Shown here piece after piece: positions 59,801-64,000 of a DNA stretch of 64,000 bases. The stretch lies in sequence record NZ_CP014126.2; one strand, written 5' to 3'. Source of the DNA: a plasmid. A program made the translations under genes and the position numbers. Within the stretch, counting starts at the first letter, position 1; each line of letters starts with the position of its first letter. Below the pieces are notes generated by a model that had not been told where the DNA came from, ran no database searches, and saw nothing but the letters and a program-made list of their open reading frames with translations.

Positions 59801-59990
59801 CAACAGCAGGGCTTTCAGTGAATTCAAAATTAAAGCGCCTGCAGGCAAAGGCGCTATAAGTTTTAGAGCTGAAAAACACCCTGAAGACGACTCAAAACTG
59901 CTTTTATGCGCAGACCTGGAATATAGATGTATCATCAGCGAGCCGTTAAAAATCAGATTTGTTGACCATAGCAACCGGCACACCATATAG
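56811..59990 (+). CDS. large orphan protein (1059 aa): N-terminal 4-TM anchor plus about 850-aa helical cytoplasmic domain
   Basis: Hydrophobic helices between aa about 45-200. AT-rich codon usage unlike the tra genes. No known motif seen. Confidence 0.55.
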   Translation: MFSKILGGVRHESDRFIKKNIKSKESYGKLKWNFIEKIIVSSSKYPGRAIGSLLLFFSCLFTGMQFLRPHIQPVATKWLPHWDKIFDWQTTLLGGQLTIIGVVYPLVVGLISIIFQKKSARKIVQAAYQSYSGFMLAGLSGLVLSGFILLGIFIRTFCSNYSYALLCAICVIWMMINIALSVWFFIKSLSVLNDVERDRMVLRFLTADVLTVILKKRVSDIFSAAPLARKLIVASKYPHISIEDYSFDSDFTVITKKVTRNEVVTDIYLIPLKMVFFFINRLKGRERNRLSFTFYHPLEVNNSAGHVPLFKVRGLSPDSFSVYLMKLCFKTGRPSKDTVDNLWIIRGMLGEAVDALAAGDIYAFEEALDSTCRDFTAIADVFSFSNELEAGNLLLIKNDALWEQSFSQMFYGEIYRLNSQAVLRMGLSGRFFSRCMQLPRMLFEYRAESTFEEVRLGMTYSIYAWETLMSWGKLHVSKVDPTLRQTYDELVMEFVALWEGWSDSLQYKTEKTASPVLYRESRLEHLRLMPDILMHAVITGDYETVRHAVDVFNRWLNNTVKEGGYSGLLMWQEFFITPAIFKGDEPFNRNHLSGMQTINSEELPELAFTNALTDIRLCTSAFLLNQERKLNADILRFSVDTLLSGSLVIETGGYERVSMALTKSSDVIDVLIRILAWGRKSLNPASGWLSGLIRHLSSQHGERMISGRVYSGNRLSGIPDLHREFAELIMMTSLATGESVSERFKCCLAAGLLSYDVKERLSGSLRQILDSVEKITQLRIENGKDFNVCKSATGALLSEYLELLTKSMEQDVLSLPVSTEKIDALSRKVSDMLRDKLPNIFPFNLFGELAYHQELENAGILPCLFVADKVYYSEGISKAVFNMGSFLYSSISGRLQAQILGWLGCEKAIREIGAASLREVIDIVSKLPDTEDGDCLIVCNQAMNEELSSMRSDLLRRDDDKSLLYYGADHSLKIRGVHRDYSLLSFSFYKKADPFIVNSRAFSEFKIKAPAGKGAISFRAEKHPEDDSKLLLCADLEYRCIISEPLKIRFVDHSNRHTI

Positions 59991-60221
59991 CTGGGAACGC
60001 CGCAGTCGCGAAACATTAAGCGAACGCGGCCCTTTATCCGGATGGCGCTGTCCTCGCAAAAATGTCACCACCGCCAACGTTCGAGGCGCATTCTTTCCTT
60101 CGGCGTGTCAGGTTGCGTCATCAAAGACTTTTTGGCAAAAAATCAACTGACAGTCATTTTCCCTCTGCATTTTTTTACTGTCTATGGCCGGGAACGGCAT
60201 AAGAACGTGAGCCAGTAATTT

Positions 60222-60884
60222 TCATTCATTGCCCCTTTCCTGGGGCGTAACGGCGTTCGTTTTATCTGCTGTATTCTCTTTATGAATGGCCCATATCCGC
60301 TTGACCTGACTGACGCTGCATCCCGCCAGGGTAGCTGTGCGCGCTATCGTTATGCCTGACTCCCTCAGTGCAATGATACGTTCGTGCGTTTTGGGTTCCG
60401 GCCTGCGCCCTTTATACTTACCTGAAGCCTTCGCCAGTTCAACGCCCTGCCGTTGCCTTTCACGACGAGTTTCGTAGTCGTCCCGTGCGGTCTGAAGGGC
60501 TACCTTAAGCAGCATGTCCTGAACGGATTCAAGCACGATTCTGGCCACTCCGTCATGGCTTATGGCCAGCTCGGACAAATCCACTATGCCGGGAATGGCC
60601 AGCTTTGCTCCCTTTGCCTTTATCGAACCAATCAGCTGCTCTGCCTCTGTAAGCGGAAGACGGCTGATGCGGTCAATTTTTTCAGCCACGACCACCTCCC
60701 CGGGCTGCAGGTCGGCAATCATGCGCTGAAGTTCAGGCCTGTCTGCCCTGGCACCTGAAGCCTTTTCTTTATAAACGCCGGCGACATAAAAGCCCCTGCC
60801 CCGGGCATCTTCAATAATGCTGTTCTGCCGCGTCAGTTCCTGTTCATCAGTACTGACCCGAAGATAGATACGTGCAATCTGCAT
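60222..60884 (-). CDS. Serine recombinase (resolvase/invertase family)
   Basis: N-terminal YLRVSTDEQ catalytic-serine motif. C-terminal HTH. 220 aa. Confidence 0.85.
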   Translation of the reverse strand: MQIARIYLRVSTDEQELTRQNSIIEDARGRGFYVAGVYKEKASGARADRPELQRMIADLQPGEVVVAEKIDRISRLPLTEAEQLIGSIKAKGAKLAIPGIVDLSELAISHDGVARIVLESVQDMLLKVALQTARDDYETRRERQRQGVELAKASGKYKGRRPEPKTHERIIALRESGITIARTATLAGCSVSQVKRIWAIHKENTADKTNAVTPQERGNE

Positions 60885-60904
60885 GGTTTAGCTGTCCCAT
60901 CCTC

Positions 60905-61252
60905 TTAACGTAAATAATCCCTAAGCGCTTCCCGGCCGCCGTTGTCTTCGGGCATGGCGCTCACAATGCGTCTTAGCGCAGCTTTGTGTAAGGGGGTACT
61001 GTTAACGAGTTCCATTAGTTGCCGCTGTGCATTTATCGCTAGACTGCTGGCTGAGCAATATTTGCGGGTTCGAAAGAGGCGTTCCCATAAATTAAAGTTC
61101 ATCAATCGATTTGTCAGGACATACATCGATACAAGGTCCTTATGCACCTCAATCTCTTCTTTAGGTAGTTCACCTTCGGCAATGTAGTCGCCAGGGAGGT
61201 TGAGATAGGTCTCATCGAGTGGGTCATTCACTAAAGAACTAAAGGGTTTCAT
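60905..61252 (-). CDS. hypothetical protein (115 aa)
   Basis: ORF co-oriented with the recombinase. Confidence 0.35.
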   Translation of the reverse strand: MKPFSSLVNDPLDETYLNLPGDYIAEGELPKEEIEVHKDLVSMYVLTNRLMNFNLWERLFRTRKYCSASSLAINAQRQLMELVNSTPLHKAALRRIVSAMPEDNGGREALRDYLR

Positions 61253-61278
61253 TGCGACCTCAAAGGCAGTTTTTTCAG

Positions 61279-61554
61279 TTAGGACGGATCACTATTACTA
61301 AGGGAGTCAAATCTCATGTATAGCGCCCCCTGGAAATCAATATCACCTCGTACAGTAATTTTTACGTCGGTACCTGGACTTAGAAATGCAATTTTCTCTG
61401 CATGCTTAATTTCAGTTGTACAGATGCGCAACCATTCCGGTTCGCCTGTAAGCAGAACGCCATACAGCATCAGGTTTGTGTCACTGACCGTTCCTACATG
61501 AGCAATCTGAACCACATTGCCCGAAAACGATCTCTTTTTAGTACTTAGCATCAA
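61279..61554 (-). CDS. hypothetical beta-rich protein (91 aa)
   Basis: ORF co-oriented with the recombinase. Confidence 0.3.
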   Translation of the reverse strand: MMLSTKKRSFSGNVVQIAHVGTVSDTNLMLYGVLLTGEPEWLRICTTEIKHAEKIAFLSPGTDVKITVRGDIDFQGALYMRFDSLSNSDPS

Positions 61555-62072
61555 ATCCCCCTTTCTTGTCTTAGCTTGATAGTGGTCAATTTGAGTATAC
61601 CTATAATGGCTAATTAATTTTCCATAGGCTAAAAATGTTCTAGGCAGTTTAAATTGGCCATATATATATTGTCCACCTAAATTGGCTAGGTAAGCGGTTT
61701 AATATAACGTACGTTACTTTGGCATGGTTTATAGTTATTGTGTCTAATAATACCAAATTGATATTATTTTTATTTTGAATTGTTTCTGCGGAATCTATTA
61801 ACTAGGTTGTTTATTTTTGACGTATTAGTTACGTAAAGTTATAGTTTTAGGTTTAATTATTTGATGTGCTGCTTTTTATGCGCTTCAGGGATCTGGCTAC
61901 TGCAGGAAGTGTAAGAGATGAGTTGGAATGAAAAAGGCCACCTGTAGAGGTGGCCTTCTGTACTGCAATACTTTGTGTTCGTCGGCCTGCATTTTTCAGC
62001 GTCGCAGGGGGAGTGCCGTCTCTTGTCCCTACCGAGGTTCTATTACAGCACCTTAAGACCTATAGGTCAACC

Positions 62073-63071
62073 CTAATCGTCAAATCCCAGTTGTAGCCAC
62101 TCATCGACTTCAGTTTCGACTCTTTGGTCAGACGTTCCGCTTACTGATGCTTGATACAGTCTCTTCAAGACAGCGTATCTTGACCTCAGCTGTTCAACCT
62201 CTTGTGAAACTGAATCATTTGTTTTTGTGAGACCATCAATGATTCCTTTGTCTATTTGAGTCTGATCAAAAAGTTTATCTTTAGTCTTTTGCAAGTTAAC
62301 TAAACCTATGGCAGTCAAAAGACCCTTTTCGAGTGCAGTCATATCATTTCGACTGATATTACGAGGATAACTCTGACTTCTTAAGTATTGGCGAGTTTTG
62401 CCTTGCCCCAGACGTTCAAGCGGTGGAAGAATTCGATTGTAAGATACACTCTGAATCATATCACATAAGGCAAAACTTTTATTTCCAAATGTAAATTCAG
62501 ATATGTTTTCAGTGGATTTTGTTTCAAGTTCAAATACAGAATTATTGACTGTGAAACCTTCAGGTTCAACAGAAGTGATTGGCACCACTTTTGCTCCCCA
62601 GGAGTCACAGCTTACAACAATGGCTGGCCTACGTTTATGCATTTCACCTTCTTGATTGGAGCAAGGGTATATATCGCTACTAGAAAAGCTATTGTTTGTG
62701 AAATTTAAAGCTTGATATATATGGCCGTATTCAACAATTACGATAGTACCTTTGCGTGTTACCTGACCAGCCGTCCGTCTACCTGATTGAGCTAATGTTT
62801 CCGATAGATAAATATCACCGGATGTATTTTTTGCTGTTACCCAAATGCCCCAAACATTTTTAGAAATACCTAAAAAAAATTCAACCTTCCACCTAAAGTT
62901 TTGCACTCCCGAGAATTTCATTGTGAAAAAAAAGGGCGGAATCTTTTTTTTCCACATCTGAGATACCGGTATGAGAACTTCATCAATGTTATCAAATGAT
63001 TTAGTCCCAAGAAGCTGATCATTCTGCGGTATATTTCCAAGCAGAAAGTATTTTATAGTTACCGCAGCCAT
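62073..63071 (-). CDS. MazF/PemK-like endoribonuclease-fold domain fused to N- and C-terminal extensions (332 aa)
   Basis: GTIVIVEYGH.....HKRRPAIVVSCDSWGAKVVPITSV...SVFEL....FALCDMIQSVSYNRI parallels MazF GDLIWVDFDP...GHRPAVVLSP....CLCVPCTT.... C-terminal coiled-coil-like tail. AT-rich. Confidence 0.45.
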   Translation of the reverse strand: MAAVTIKYFLLGNIPQNDQLLGTKSFDNIDEVLIPVSQMWKKKIPPFFFTMKFSGVQNFRWKVEFFLGISKNVWGIWVTAKNTSGDIYLSETLAQSGRRTAGQVTRKGTIVIVEYGHIYQALNFTNNSFSSSDIYPCSNQEGEMHKRRPAIVVSCDSWGAKVVPITSVEPEGFTVNNSVFELETKSTENISEFTFGNKSFALCDMIQSVSYNRILPPLERLGQGKTRQYLRSQSYPRNISRNDMTALEKGLLTAIGLVNLQKTKDKLFDQTQIDKGIIDGLTKTNDSVSQEVEQLRSRYAVLKRLYQASVSGTSDQRVETEVDEWLQLGFDD

Positions 63072-63260
63072 CTTCTTCCTTATTTTAAAATTTTCTTAAA
63101 TGCACTGTGCATTCTTTTAAAGTTAAAAACCTTTTGTGAAAGCACCCGTATTTAATAGGATTAAAGCAACAAAAAAAATCTTAACTTGTTGTTTTTTAAT
63201 GATATTTTTATTGATGTTATAGTTACTGGGTATTCATCTTATCTTTCATTGACTAAACTT

Positions 63261-63887
63261 TCAATCATCAAAAAATTCATTAGGTCCGCCTGCTAATCTG
63301 TATGAGCTATAGACGTAAGTTTTCTCTTTTTCCGCATAGAAATTCTCGGCGAAATGCTTGTTAAAAACATCGATCAAGCTTTTATTTTTTGTCTCTATGA
63401 ACTTCTGTCGAACTTGATGTGCTTCAAGCACGCGAATCTCACATCTTTTTCTTATATCATTATTTTTTTTATATTGGTCAATTGCAGAGCTAGATTCAGA
63501 TGAGAGTTTTCCAGTAGTCCATAACTCAACAATTATTTCAGCGTTAGGAGCATCGTTTTTACCCTGAGCAATAAAAACTGGTATTTGTTTTCCAACCCAG
63601 TTTTTTATGTCATCGTGGATGACTTCTGAATAAGGTTTGTAACCTTTACATTCTATGAATCTTATTTCTCTATGTTTTTTAGTTACACACACATCACTAT
63701 CTGCGAATTTTCCTTTTTGGTCTTTACAATATCTACCGATTTCTACATCTCCACCATCCCCTCTAACTACCTCAGCGACAAGATATTCGAATAGAGCACC
63801 CTGTAATTGTGCATTTGCACCTTTAATTTGGGAAAAAGAAGTCATTAGAGAATCAATTTTTTCAAGTGTATTTCTTCTTGATGACAT
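63261..63887 (-). CDS. PD-(D/E)xK-like nuclease-fold protein (208 aa)
   Basis: FEYLVAE...GGDVEIG...DSDVCVT...IRFIECKGYK fits an E...D...(D/E)xK arrangement. AT-rich island. Confidence 0.35.
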   Translation of the reverse strand: MSSRRNTLEKIDSLMTSFSQIKGANAQLQGALFEYLVAEVVRGDGGDVEIGRYCKDQKGKFADSDVCVTKKHREIRFIECKGYKPYSEVIHDDIKNWVGKQIPVFIAQGKNDAPNAEIIVELWTTGKLSSESSSAIDQYKKNNDIRKRCEIRVLEAHQVRQKFIETKNKSLIDVFNKHFAENFYAEKEKTYVYSSYRLAGGPNEFFDD

Positions 63888-64000
63888 AAAGTATTGAGCT
63901 AGGAATTCGTTTAACTCATTCAGGCTTTTGGCAACCTCATGTCCGAAAAGATTACTTGGTGTCGCTGGTATGATTCCAAATTTTTTTAGTTCTAAAAACG

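Noticed and set aside
63655-63897. 80-aa plus-strand ORF at the window end
   Set aside because: It is antisense to the PD-(D/E)xK-like gene in AT-rich sequence, with no support.
1-64000. Initial impression of an SXT/R391-type integrative conjugative element
   Set aside because: TraI has the MOBF 3-His relaxase motif. TraM, TraT, TraS, PsiA/PsiB, geneX, F-like oriT and the IncFII and iteron replicons are all present. This is an F-like plasmid, not an ICE.

Overview
This window reads as an almost complete F-like conjugative plasmid backbone from an enterobacterial host, with a MOBF TraI relaxase, a TraD coupling protein and an MPF-F type IV secretion system. All protein-family calls come from by-eye motif and order comparison with remembered F-plasmid proteins; no search was run.

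Layout, left to right:
- 1-11.4 kb: leading region. It holds a ParB-like 3' fragment, psiB and psiA, and four copies of a roughly 0.5-kb GC-rich structured repeat that I read as Frpo/ssi-like single-strand promoters. Each copy carries its own RBS and the first 17 codons (MNTQNVKTAATKTTETW) fused to an unrelated cargo gene. Cargo includes a truncated N6-adenine methyltransferase-like gene, a HigB/HigA-like toxin-antitoxin pair, strongly acidic small proteins, a DUF932-like gene and a geneX-like lytic transglycosylase.
- 11.5-12.2 kb: oriT, with an F-like nic motif (GCGTGGGGTGT|GATG on the bottom strand) and an array of at least 9 TraM-binding-like repeats.
- 12.2-48.6 kb: traM, then on the opposite strand, where traJ/traY would sit, an AT-rich operon encoding a sensor histidine kinase, a periplasmic protein, a GNAT acetyltransferase and an HTH-plus-receiver regulator. 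The tra operon follows: traA, L, E, K, B, an RfaH paralog, V, C, trbI, W, a five-ORF cargo insert, U, trbC, N, F, trbB, H, G, S, T, D, I.
- 48.6-53.8 kb: a DsbA-like gene where F has traX/finO, an IncFII-like repA with CopA-like stem-loops, a Rep_3 iteron replicon, and hha.
- 53.8-64 kb: accessory and defence-like cargo. It includes a PLD-family Nuc, a triplet of unknown genes, a 1059-aa membrane-anchored orphan, a serine recombinase, and an AT-rich island with a MazF/PemK-like fusion protein and a PD-(D/E)xK-like protein.

The three most novel candidates are the modular leading-region array with its shared N-terminal leader, the two-component system sitting in the traJ/traY slot together with a plasmid RfaH paralog and an ops-like site in traA, and the terminal accessory island.
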